Source: Gnetum montanum
Taxonomy: Eukaryota > Plantae > Gnetophyta
Length of the DNA stretch: 64,000 nucleotides
Direction of reading: 5' to 3'
NCBI GenBank assembly: GCA_015680685.1
Contig: MNCI01000312.1
Span: 1 to 64,000 of the forward strand
Shown: piece after piece, positions 52,220 through 64,000 of the stretch
Layout of the letters: every line of letters begins with the position of its first letter
Position numbering within the stretch: position 1 is the first letter of the stretch
Position numbers and translations under genes: made by a program
Notes under the pieces: model-generated
What the model saw: only the letters and a program-made list of their open reading frames with translations
Database searches by the model: none
What the model was told of the DNA's origin: nothing

Positions 52220-53389
52220 GCTAGGCTGTGGGAATTTTGCTAGGTTATCGGGATTTGGCATGTGTGGGGGGGAGGGAGGGGTTAGGACCCTGTGCACATC
52301 ATGCATTGCAATGTGGCTACAGAGGCTAAGGCTGCCATTGCATGCTACTTCGTAGCTATAGGGATCATGTTTGTTATTTTTGTAAGGAGGGGGGCGTAGG
52401 CCCCAGGGAATTTAGGGCCCTGTGGCCATGACTATGCATTTTGTGGTGTGGTTGCGATCCATGCCTAGGTTTTGTTGGGACATGTGTAGAAATGAGGGTG
52501 ACTGTTCCTTCTTCCCTCGTTCCCCCCCATTTTTCTATTCTAGTTGTAGGGGTGTAGGGTTTGGGATTGCACATTGCATATCAACATAGCTGTAGGGGCC
52601 ATGGCCACAATTGCATGCAAGTGCTATAGGATTTTATTTTTTGTGTTTTTTTTTGTTTGGTGTGGCATAGCCACAGGGTCTGGGATCATGCGTGGGCTAC
52701 ACATGGACTAGGGATATGTGTAGGGATTTTGGGTTGTGCAGGGTTATTTGTGGCCATAAAGGATATGATCATTCTTGCATGTCGTAGCATGGTTACTAGG
52801 GGTTGTGGCCATGATCAGCAAAGTTTGCGCATCTATTTTTTTTATTTTTATGTTTTTTGGGTACAATAGTGAAGGTGTGACCTATCAAAATGATGGGGCA
52901 AAGTGGGTTGTTGGGTGCGGTGCTGTGGGAAGACTATGCTCTCCATGGCCATGGGACTACACTCTCCATGTGTGGAGGGTGTAGTTTGCAGGGAAAGTGC
53001 TTGGAAAAATGTATGGTCCAAAGTTAGCCAAATTTTGCAATTTATTTTTTTGGGACTACACCCTCCATGGAGGTAGTTTGGAGTTAGAAAAATTTTGTAG
53101 TTTTTAGACTACACTCTCCATTGAGGCAATCCAGAGTTAGTAAAAATTTTACCAAAATGTTGTTAACCATGCATGATGCTAAACTTGCAAAATGTAGCAT
53201 TAATCCTATAAAAGCATGCTATACCCTAGTGAGTGCTAGGCACGTCAAACAAGTTAAGTGATGTCCTACACTTAAGGGGCACCAAAGTATATTGCCAAAA
53301 TTGCATTTCTGCTAATAATTTATAATGTTTATATCAAACTTTTATATCTATGTGTACTAATACTTTGCCTATTGCCTGTTAATTGCAAG

Positions 53390-56300
53390 GTGCTATTGAA
53401 GCTCATTCTAATAGTGATTGAGGTCATAGGTATCCTCTATTACATGAGTGAACTTGTCCCTAACATGCCTACACTAGATATGTGGGTGGACCATCAAGTG
53501 ATTTGGTTTTAGACAAGGGATCAAGAGTTTCTGGAATACCTACTACAATAGTTCAATGTGATCATGTGGTCACACTTGGTAGTGGAGGTTGTTAGCATCA
53601 TCACCGAGATGTTGCTACCTAGGGCTAAATGGGACATCTTGAAGTGCATCTCATATGAGCTTGTTGATGATGTTAATGGGGTGAGAGGCTCAGGTAGAGA
53701 TCCCAAAGTGCTTATCAGCTATCTAGAGTATGACACATGATAGTGTTTGCTTATCATAATAAGAGAAATACCATTTTTATCACATAGTAGTTGCATACCT
53801 TGTTCCAGAACCCACCTAGAATCTTCCATTGTGTTGGAGGGTAAGTGCTTCTATTGCTCTCACAGTATTTTGTGCTATTTGCCTATATGAAGTTGTTAAC
53901 ATTTCTATGGTCAATGCTAGGTTTAGAGTTGATGAAGACAGCTTGCATGATGATGTGGATGCTTTAGTCTTAACTCGTACTACCTTAGAGGTGTTCTTAT
54001 CTCTCACAAATGTTTGAGCATCCATGCTTGAGTAGGTGGGGCACAATTTGAAGGCTTACATCTCCTAGAATCCAAAGGCATATGAGCGATGTAGGATCAA
54101 TGGTTGGTTGGATGAGGAGTGGGTTGTTGGTGAGATTAACACCAAAGAGGTTTTTATAGCACCATCCCCATCTCACACTTCATTTGTACCACGTACGTAT
54201 CTATGTTTTGGTCCATGTGGTTGCTTGTGTATGCCTTTCAGTTTGCTTCATTTGCATAATGCTAATGTTGTTTTACATTATGTTGCAGGGAAAATCTCCT
54301 TAGCCAAGGTGATAGTGATCACCATAGGCCACATAGAGGCCACCCTCATCATGAAATATGGTAATGTAGAGGATGCGTAACATTGGTTGTGCCAAAAAGT
54401 ACCAGATGCACTAATGGCTTAGCTCATGCATGCTAGGTTAATGAACCTATTCTTAGTCCTTAGCTTGAGTATTTTGGTGTTTGAAATAGTCACCATCATT
54501 GACTCCTTCAGTAGTGATGTCAGGTAGTTTATCACTTGGATGTGCGATGTGATGGAAGTGTTGAACCTCAGTAAGGCCTTCTTCTCAAATCTCTTCGACA
54601 TTCTTGCTGATGGCCTGATGATTATCGATAAGGCCAGCAAGGAGGTGGACCACCATGGGGAGATCAAGGACTGGTTGGAGGCCACTCAATCCCACAAGGG
54701 CATATTGATCAAAGATGTGCTAGTGCCTTAGGTGTGGGGGCTCTACCCTCTATTCCATGCTCGTGCTTTTCCAGAGCTGCTTTCCCATGAAAATATTCTA
54801 GTGGTGGAATAGGCACAGGTGATAAAGGAGGTGCTGCTAGAGGGCACGAGGTTTAACTAGGCTATGTACATAGCCACTGGCTTACGTGTGAAGATTTCTA
54901 GGCTATGATTCAACCTCTAGGTGAGGTCCTATGTCCATTTTGCATTCTTCGCAAGATACCTGCAAAGGTTCGCGGAGCTTTTGGTTATGCAAGATGATGG
55001 ACGATGGGTAGTGTAGGATCATGAGTAGCTATCTAGGCCATGGATCAAGCATATGTTCTCAACCACACGTGCATAGGACCCCCCAGAGGAGATTGATGAT
55101 TCATTATCAGTAATGACCAAGGGTCTTATTGGGAACTTGCATTACTCATGCAATAGTGCAGGTGAGGGTCCCCCAGTTTGCACTGGGGACATGAGTAAGG
55201 CAGATCACTACATAGCTAAGATGGTGGGACCATCCAAGGCCAAGATTAAGAGGTTGAATCCTCCAGAGGAAGCTACCCCTAAGATTAGGAAGCTAAGCAG
55301 GAAAACAATCCAAATAAAGCTACAAAGCTTGCATGTAGATGTTGTAGGTTAGTATGCATAGATTCTTAGATGCCTTAGTTATATTCATGTAAATGTTTCT
55401 TTATTTTTATGTTTTTTTGTTATGCCATATTATTAATTAGCTAATGATGTGCTATGCATACTAATATGATATATGTGTATATGTGTTAATTACAAAAAAA
55501 GAAGAGAGGGCTACATAAGTAGCGACTAAGGTGGTAGCAAAGGAAGCACCTCCTCAAGCTGAGGAGGAGGAGGCTCATAGAGAAGAGCCTCATGAGGTGG
55601 CATAGGCTCTCCAATATTTTGAGAAAGAGGGGTTTGTCCACCCTAATGGGGGTGATTTTTATAGTTTTTTCAATGGTACGTAACTAGGTGAGCCCCCTAC
55701 ACTCACGCCTGAGCACTTGCTAGGTAATCAACTTATACTGCCATCTATCTTCCCTTGTTTTCTTTAGTATATTTAGTTGTTAGGACATATCTTAATTGCA
55801 TCATTTTATTATAGCATTAGATGTTCTTGTAAGTATTCCCATATCTACCTACCACATGGAGTCGTGGGTAGAGATGCCAGATAAATTGGCCTTCATGGAA
55901 GACATTGTTAGAGACATGGTGGACTGCTTGCAACAAGTAGACCCAAAGCTTAGTATGTGTGCAATGTTTTCATTTTATCCTATCATGCTTACTACTTAAA
56001 TGCTTAGTTTTTGGCTAAGATGTTTTAGTTGTTGCATGTCTACAGGTCCTAAGTTGTAGTGGGACCTAAGCAAGGTGGCCAAGGTGGACATCCTACCTGA
56101 CTTTCCTCCTGAAGTTGATCAGGTACCTCATCACATGTACAAGATATTGAAGAAGTGTGCACTTTCCTATGTGAAGGTGTTGTGGGTCTGTAGGTGCTCG
56201 AATGAGAACCTATGAAAATGTGTGCACAAACTCTAGGAGATGGTGACTAGCCATAATGAGAAGATTAAGGATCTTCAATCCAGATATGACTTCATAGTAG

Positions 56301-57040
56301 CTAAATTGTAGGAAGATGACACTTGGTGTATCTCTAAGATTGAGTATGCCAGATATTGGATAGCTCTTAGAGGTAAGAATGAGGTAATGTAGGATCTAAT
56401 AGGGCAATAACTCTAGATGGATTTGCTCATATAGAAGAACCACGATTGGAAGAATTACAGCACAAAGGTTTATCAATGGGGACAAATGCAAAAGAATTAC
56501 AAGCATTAGTACAAGAAAGAGTGTGACATGTACCTATGATGGGATAAGGAGGAGTCTAGAAAATGCTGCTACATTGAGATGTTTCTTGAGGTGACTGGAA
56601 AAAAGTAGGCATATGATTTGTTTGTGTAGAGCAAGGTCATGAGTGACTTTCTTGTGAGATAGATTGTAACCCCCTCTGGAGAGGCCTCTTCTGCTACATT
56701 TTTGATGGAGCTACCAGAATGAACCACTGTGAACAAAAGAAAGACCCTTGAGGGCATTAACTTTGGCTAGGAGGATTGGATGCAATGTTTTGAGGTCAAG
56801 ATCCTTTAATGTTTAGAGGTTGGCCTTGGAAAGTTACCTCTAGAACTCATCGATGCAGGACCCTCTTAGGTTAGTTGGTTTTTATGCTTTTCATGTTTTA
56901 AGTTAGCTCATATAGTGCATGTTTGCTTACTAATTTCACATGTTTGTTAATGGTTGTGGCAAGTACCATGAAATGCTATAGGCCCTTACAATGCAGTAGA
57001 GGAAGGAGAACTTCCACCCTCACTTAGTGCTACTAGTTGA
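53390..57040 (+). pseudogene. E3 copy of the antisense spliced accessory gene (heavily degraded)
   Basis: Peptides match the E2 gene: QEFLEYLLQ*FNVIMWSH, NTIFIT..HTLFQNPP, TTLEVFL, GWLDEEW, FFSNLFDILADG, LSRPWIKHMF, WVEMPDKLAF, WDLSKV and RYDFIVAKL. Introns at 53841-53920 and 54193-54288, further donors near 55348, 55724, 55954 and 56870, and acceptors near 55820 and 56045. Confidence 0.8.
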
Positions 57041-57224
57041 GCATGACTAGTTGTACCTCATGATGAGCTTTTTTTTAATACATTTTTGCCATGTGATGCT
57101 GTTCATGCTATGTATTACTATGCATATTACATTTGCTGGATGATTATTTTCTATGTGTAAAATTTTATGCTTATGTGACAATTTTATTACATTTGCTATG
57201 AGTGTGCAGGTTTGGGCCATTGCG

Positions 57225-57625
57225 AGCCATAGCGGTACTGGGCCATTGAAAGCCACAATAAGTCTATTGTTAGTTCAAAGCCTTGATGGATCCCATGCTA
57301 GTTTAAGGCCATAGTAAGAGGGCCAATGCTAGTTTTTTGGCCATTTCGGGCCATGTTTTGCCAATTTAAGGCCATAGCTAGCCAAGGTGCTAGTTTTAGG
57401 CTGTTCTGGGCCATAGTGATAATAGTAGTTTAGGGCCATTCTAGGCCTCTGTGAAAAAATTAAAAGTGATAGTTTTATGCCATTCCAAATTGTAGGGTTG
57501 CTAGTTTAAGGCCATAGTCAACTGTGTTGATAGTTTAAGGCCATTTTGGACTATGGCGATGGAGATCAAGAGTGGTATTTTAAGGTCATTCCAGGCCATA
57601 GTGTTGCCAGTTTAAGGCCATGGTA
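57225..57625 (-). repeat. E3 ATGGCCTTAAACT repeat array between gag-PR and the antisense gene
   Basis: Repeated AGTTTAAGGCCAT on the + strand. Confidence 0.85.
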
Positions 57626-57924
57626 GGCTGGGTATTGCTATCTCTCTCTTTGTAATTTTTGCTTTTATGGTTTTTATGCATTTTGATGTTTTAAAGTGAT
57701 AACTATAGAAGTGTAAAATAACAAGAAAATGCCTAAACAAAGTAGATGAATGTGAGAACCAAGCAAATAAATGTGTAACCTAAGCAATTAAGCTAAATGC
57801 AAATAACATGCTATGGTGCTAACCTAATGTGACAAAAATTTAATAGAAGTAGAAATTAGGGTATAGGGAACACAAAAGCAAATAGTGGGCAGGCACCTAG
57901 CTTATTTTGGACTAATGGGGTACC

Positions 57925-60900
57925 TTAATTGCACAATTGCTTCCTAATCCGATGTGGGTTAGGGGGTGCGTAGGGCCTAGATTGCAATCTTTGATATTTG
58001 CCTTGACCCTCACTTGCTACATTAGAGGGAAACTTTGCCCAAAGGGCATTCTCGAGGAGGTCGTTGGCTTCCACTACTTCTTTGGGTGCATTGGCCTCAT
58101 GTGTTTCCTTGTCTGCCATAGGTGCATCATCAGGAAATTCAATCTTTGACCCTTGCTCTATATCTACATTGTTGATGGCCATAGGGTGGCATTATCACCA
58201 TGGATGATAACTTCATCACCTTCATATGGAAGGTGTATGCCTTGATGAATCAAAGAGGAGATGGCTCATAACTAGGCTAGCCAAGGCCTACCTAATATCA
58301 AGTTAAAGTACAACATCTCCTCTATGATGATGAATTTGGTAGTGGTGAGGAATTGCTCCCTCACTACAAAAGCTATGGTGACCATGCCCCTAACAATGAC
58401 ATATGATCCATTGAAGGATTTTAGACATGTGATTTTTGTTAGATTGACTTGGTCTGTGTGGCCTAGCTTGTTGATGATGGTGTATAGAATTATGTTTGTT
58501 GCTGCCCCATCATTAATGTGCACTCTATGAATCTTGCATCATTCAAGATGTATAGTGATGAACATGGGGGCTACTATGACCTCACCCTTCCCAAGGTTGA
58601 CATTAATTACTTTATTGCAAAATGCCAGGGATGTGAAACTTGATTCTTACAGTGCAGGGGGCAACATCACTATGTGGATGAAGCTCTCATATGTAGGTAT
58701 GTCTTTCATGATAGGAATGGAGGTTAACATCTATACTAGTGCCTTGTGGTGGATGGATGAGGTCATGATTAGGTCATACAAGCTTAGTGTTATATTTTTT
58801 TGCTTGAGCATGTGCTTGACTTAAGCTAATGCATCCACAAAGTCATTTCCATTGGTCATGTTATTGTTGGCTTTGACTTCTTTCATGTGTCTTAAGAGAC
58901 GAATTTCTCATGGAGGTGAATTGGGCTTTGTTGGCTTTGCCTATGTAGGAGCCTCAGTGCTTGATTATGATTTGCTGGTTATGGCCTCCTTAATTGTTTT
59001 GGCCATGGAGATCATAGATATAGGGATTGGCTTTGGCAGGTCAAGTGCTCTATAGTCTTAATGTTACCTAATCATTCTATTTATGAGATGCTCATTGGGT
59101 CAGCTGGGTTGCCACCTAGAGGATCTGCTGATGTTGCCAATAGAATTAACCCTTGGATGAAAAGGGACTAATGCATTAGTTGCTGTTGGGATTTGGATAG
59201 GTGAAGGGTTAGCATGTTGTGACACCTTGACAATGAAGGGTAGCTGAACTATTATTGTTGTGACATGTTATGGGGCCCTAATCATAATGGGTTTTGTGGG
59301 TGCTTGAGGTGGCACTCTAATAATAAAAGGGGGCCTTGAACCTATAGGTGTTGAGGGAACCCTTGCACTACTAGAGGGCATGTAGACCATGAATGGCCAC
59401 TACACTGGTTCTAGGTTGTCATCAACATTGATAGTGTTTATGACATAGATGCCATCATCTACATTTAGATGGTCATTGTACACCCTCATAGATTGGTTTT
59501 GTGGCCTGATTGGATTTGTAGTGTCAAGGAATAGCTTTCCTCTATCGATCATCTTGCAAGGCTAGGTAGAAGTCTATGCTATGATTAGACAACTAGTGGT
59601 AATGGTAGAGATGATCTAGCATAAAATGTTCTAGGATCTGGGGCTCAGTTGGTGCTACCAAAGTATGGTTTCTGAGTAGCTCACAGTATCTATCATGCTT
59701 TTTACAAGCATCCTTAGACATTTTCTTATATTGGATGCACTTGGCTTTTAGCAGTTTTTCTAGAAACTTTGAGGGATTTAGTGGCAATGGGGTGTACTTG
59801 GAGTGATCCTTGCACTTGAAGTTAGACCTTTGACCAACTTGCATCATGGCCATTGCAGATGGAGGTGAGTTGGTTGCCTTGGAGCTAGTGTTGGTTGCTG
59901 TGTTGTTGGATGGGGCTTTGGGTGACCTAGTTGTCGGCCCCCTGTTGGTTATCTTGTCCTCTTTGTCTACTGCTTCCACCATTGTAGTTTGCTTTCCCTT
60001 GCCATTGTCTCTCCTCACATGCTGGTTCTTGTTGTCCATGTAGGCTAGGTCCTTACTAGCTTCTATCATATCCTCTATGCTCTTAGTTTGGGTGAAGGCT
60101 TGGCTTAGGGATTGTGGGCCTAAGTAGTATAGCTTCAACTTTATGAAATCATTAACCACATCCTTGAAAATAGCTAAGAGATGTGCCTTGGCTATGGGAT
60201 CTCATATTTCATCTAACATTGGATGAATTTTTGCATGGGCTCTAAGTGGCCCTACTTGACTTGCATTAGCTAGTCCAAGGTTGCTTTCAGCTTTAGGTTA
60301 TACTTGAAGCGTGTCACAAACTAGCTTAAGCAGTCTTCCAGAGAGGAGATAAAGCCTCTAGGTAGTGCACGGTACGAGTCTAACACTTTTCCAATCAATG
60401 ACATGGAAAAACGTGTATGATGGCATGTGGCCAAGCTTGCAATAGCAAACACTTTAATCTAAATATGACCAGATGTGTGTTGGGGTTCCCCTCATCATTA
60501 TACTTGGTGAACTGAGGCAGTGGGACTCTAGCTAGTAGAGTTAAAGATGGGACCGTAGTACTTATAAGATTATCTTGGTAGAATTTCACCACTTTGGTAG
60601 TTTTAGAGGAGGTGACTTTGAGTTACTTCATCTCTTATATCAAGGTTTGGATTAGTTGGAACACCTGGTCTAAATTTTGGGATGCTCTAGCTAGCTATAC
60701 TAGTTATTCTATTTGCTGTGTTGGTTGTGTGGCCCATGACCTAGTCATAAGTTATAGAACTAGAAAGGTGCTTGATGCATTGGTTGTGTTATAGGGATAG
60801 TGATTGGGCCAAGCCAGGCATGTGTGGGTTGGACCGACATTGAGGATGCTAACAAAATAGGTAGGATGTAGGGTGCTTGAGTCATTTGGAGCTTGGAGAA

Positions 60901-61588
60901 TGGCCCTACATGAACATATGGTTGAGTTGGCATGATTGCTAAAGATGGCTAAGCAGGTTTAGTTGATACCACGAAGGACAAATTAATGGAGTTGCATCAT
61001 AATGCATGTATTGCATCTAATGGGTTATCGCTACAGGCATAGATCTAAGCTTGACAGAGTGGAAAGGTGATGCTAGTGTTATGATGATCTTGGGGAAGAT
61101 GGGTGAAGTAAACCCAGGAGGGGCTAGATAGGGATTGCTTGTTGGAAGATGGTGTGAAAGGGGATCTCATGTTCAAAGTGATATTTGAACTCGTCCTCTT
61201 CCTCCTGTAAGGCTTCCTCGTAGTTAGTTCCCATGTCGTGCTCACCTTGGATGAGTTGGGATAATAATTGGTGGTGGGACTCTATGAGTAGGATGATGTC
61301 AAATGAGGAAGGGATATACTCCCATCCATTCTAGTGGATTACTTCAAAGTATCATTTTGCCTCCATGTTAAGGTGATCTATAGGTAACCCTGCTCAGACC
61401 TTTGCACATATAAAGTTGTATTGCTCATTGTTAAGCACAACTTACTCTAGGCCTTGGTTGTGTAGCCTAAGGGATTGGCTTGGCTTGGCCATCATGAGAT
61501 TCATAGGGTTGTCAATCTTGATCTCTTGTTGTATAGGCAAGTTATCAATTATGTTTGAAACTGACACCAGAGGTTGAACTAGGTTCAT
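57925..61588 (-). pseudogene. E3 gag-protease (degraded)
   Basis: EQYNFICAKV, KYNDEGNPNTHLVIFRLKCLLLQAWPHAI, YTPLPLNPSK and the protease HINDGAATNI...FNLILGRPWLA. Confidence 0.85.
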
Positions 61589-61992
61589 GGTTGTAGATCA
61601 AGTTGTAAAGGGAAATTGCAGAGGTTGTTGGCTACAAAATATAGTGGATCAAGATAAAATTAACTCTATTTTGGCTAACACCACTAACTATGCTCTCCAT
61701 TGTAGAGAGCTGACTATGCTGTATGGACTAACTACACTCTCCATTGCGAAGAGCCAACTACGTTATCTACGACAAAGAGCTAACTATGCTATCTACGTTG
61801 GAGATGAATATGCTTCAACTAAGGAAAATGGGAAATTAGCAAAATAGTAGAGAGAAGTGTAGTTTGGGATTGCTATGCAAGGTCCTGGGGGGATTGACTA
61901 CAATATCCAATTTACATCGATGGATCAATGAACAACTACGATACAAAGAGCTCATAAAATAACCTCAATGGAGCTTGAAAAAAGGGATTCAT

Positions 61993-62009
61993 CCCTCCTT
62001 CTAGCACCA
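61993..62009 (-). promoter_or_regulatory. E3 primer-binding site
   Basis: TGGTGCTAGAAGGAGGG on the minus strand, 5 nt from the LTR end. Confidence 0.85.
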
Positions 62010-62014
62010 GAAGC

Positions 62015-62343
62015 TATAGATGTTGAAAATGTTGGTGGCTAGAACATTAAGGTCCATGGGTGCATAACCTAATCCTAAATCTAGGTGAGTGCTTGTTGGA
62101 GGTAGAGACGGGGGTGCCTTGAATGATTTGGCTAGTTGAACAGGGACTTACTAGATGTAATGGGGGTGTAGGAGGTAGAATGATGCTAAGTGTTCAAGAA
62201 ATATCAATTGTGTTAGTGGGGTTGAGTGTAGTTAATATTTTCAGAAAAAATGAGGGTGTCAACATGTAGAGAACATCATCCAAGTGTAGTTTTAGGTGTG
62301 ACTATGCCATGAAATAGTGGAAAGTGCAAATAAAATGCAAAAA

Positions 62344-62390
<47 letters not shown>

Positions 62391-63826
62391 AGTAGAACAC
62401 CACCCCAAATAGGGTTGAGCATAGTTAACACCAACAGGGATTAGAAGGTACACAGTGTACAAAAGGTGCAGTGGACAACATAGTCACAGTCTTAAGGATG
62501 TCTAGCCATGAAGACTGGCTTTTTGCCGAGGTGTCTACATTTGTTGAGTTGGCCGCTATGGTGTACCATCGGCTATGATGTTCTTGTAGACTATAGTGGT
62601 TTGCGACTTCATCGATATACCTTTGATTTTCTCCCAAGTTCTCTTTAGGTTTGCCAACCTTGATTTTTGTCAACCCTAAAAACATTGAGGATGAGAGTAT
62701 TTATAGGCCTAGGGTTAGCAAAAAATTTAGGATGGCTACCACATGATAGAGAGGACAGTTGAGATTACACTGTCATCCAACTATGCTCTATATTGGGTTG
62801 GTGGTGTTGTACTTTGCTATGCTCTACCAGATTCTATGAGACTATGAGACTATGACTACACTGCCAGCTACATGTGTGTGTCAAGAAGACTGTAAGGTAC
62901 CTAAGAAAATGCAACTTTGGAGACTACACTCTAGGACTATGCTTTTCATGCTCTCACATGGGGTCAAGCATAGCTATAATTCTAGGGCCAAAAAGGAAAT
63001 ACAAAAGAATGCATTTTGCTAACTACACTTGCCAAAGGTGAGTTGGAGCTAAGTTGAGTGACGTTGCTATGCTATGAAGGCTATTCTTGTTGACTATTCT
63101 TGACTATGCTCTGGACAGGGAAAGAGTGTAGTCCCACACTTGGGAAAAATTTACAAAACATAGCCTTCATGTTAACTATGCTCTCTACTAAAGGCTAACA
63201 ATGGTTTGGGTTAGTGGAGAGCATAGTTTCAACACTTAGAAGAATTTGCAAAAATTAGCTTTTGTGCTAACTACACTCCCAGAGGCTGACTATGCTCTCA
63301 AGTGGGGATGAGCATAGTCTTAGTACTTATCAAAACTTGTGGAAACTAGCTTCTGGTTGACAACACTCTCCACAAGAGGTTGACTATGCTTTGGGGCAAT
63401 GGAAAGCATAGTCCCAACACTTAAAAAAAATTTTAGCAACTAGCTTTGTGTTGACACTTAGAAATAATTGCAAAACTAACCTTCATATTGCCTATGCTCT
63501 CTATCAGAGGCTGAGTATGCTCTAAGGCAGTGGAGAGCATAGTCCCAACACTTAGAAAAATTTGTAGTGATTTTCTTTTTTTGACACTCAGAAAAAATTA
63601 CAAAATTGGCCTTTGTGCTAACTACACTCTCTATGAGAGGTTGACTACACTCTCCACTAGGGGTGAGCATAGTCTCAGCACTTAGAAAAAATTGCAAAAG
63701 CTAGCTTTTGTGCTGACTACACACTCCATAAGAGGCTAACTATGCTCTCTACTAGGTTGAGCATAGTCTCAACACTTAGCCAAAATTGCCATTGGGATGT
63801 CATAGTCTGAAATTGGTGGTGTTTCA
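62015..63826 (-). repeat. E3 5' LTR, including a (GA)n microsatellite at ~62348-62383
   Basis: It starts TGAAACACCACC on the minus strand at 63826 and repeats 29456-31310, where the GA tract is shorter. Confidence 0.88.
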
Positions 63827-63831
63827 AGGAT

Positions 63832-64000
63832 GACCCTATAAGTCATGTAGTCCCACCTCTAACTCTTTGAATTGGGATCCCACTTTCCCAATTCATCAAA
63901 TACAATAGTGAGGGAGATCCCAATGCACATTTGGTCACATTTAGGTTAGAGTGCCTACTATTGTAAGCATGGTCACATGCCATCACACATGTTTTTGCCA
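63832..64000 (+). pseudogene. E0 gag continuation after the E3 insertion
   Basis: DPISHVVPPLTL*IGIPLSQFIKYNSEGDPNAHLVTFRLECLLL*AWSHAI. Confidence 0.8.

Larger units (their letters stand above)
29456..63826 (-). mobile_element. E3: non-autonomous (pol-deleted) Tat-type element, family B, inverted, inserted in E0 gag; TSD AAGAT/AGGAT
   Basis: LTRs at 62015-63826 and 29456-31310, both starting TGAAACACCACC on the minus strand. PBS at 61993-62009 and PPT at 31311-31326. TSD at 29451-29455 and 63827-63831 with one mismatch. Removing E3 restores the E0 gag frame DFYEDDPI. Confidence 0.88.
13487..64000 (+). mobile_element. E0: old Tat-type Ty3/gypsy element (family B), interrupted by E1 and E3, continuing beyond the window
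   Basis: The LTR starts TGAAACACCA at 13487, resumes after E1 at 27229 and ends ...CACA at 27961. A degenerate PBS follows at 27967-27983. The gag remnant 28446-29455 (...VKVVDFYED) continues at 63832 (DPISHVVPPLTL...EGDPNAHLVTFRLECLL). Confidence 0.85.

Overview
Land-plant nuclear DNA with one 402-nt assembly gap. There is one intact host gene, a two-exon HAESA/HSL-type (LRR-XI) receptor-like kinase at 6560-10267 (+). From 13487 to the window end lies a nest of four Tat/Ogre-type Ty3/gypsy LTR retrotransposons from two related families, reconstructed from TG...CA termini, PBS, PPT and 5-bp TSDs. E0 (family B, +) starts at 13487 and runs off the window. E1 (family A, +, 14462-27223) sits in the E0 LTR. 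E3 (family B, -, 29456-63826) sits in the E0 gag. E2 (family A, +, 33985-52219) sits inside E3. In these elements gag-protease and RT-RH-aRH-INT are separate ORFs. In E2 and E3 the gap between them holds an antisense gene of about 1065 codons (8 exons, 7 GT-AG introns as read in E2), with intron positions shared between the two families. It appears to encode an FCP1/NIF (HAD) phosphatase-like domain lacking its catalytic aspartates, a plant-transposon accessory domain, an acidic linker and a likely coiled coil. E1 lacks this cassette, with the junction inside the TAAACT-core repeats. E3 keeps the cassette but has lost pol. All TE ORFs carry nonsense or frameshift lesions. All calls are by eye, with no database searches.
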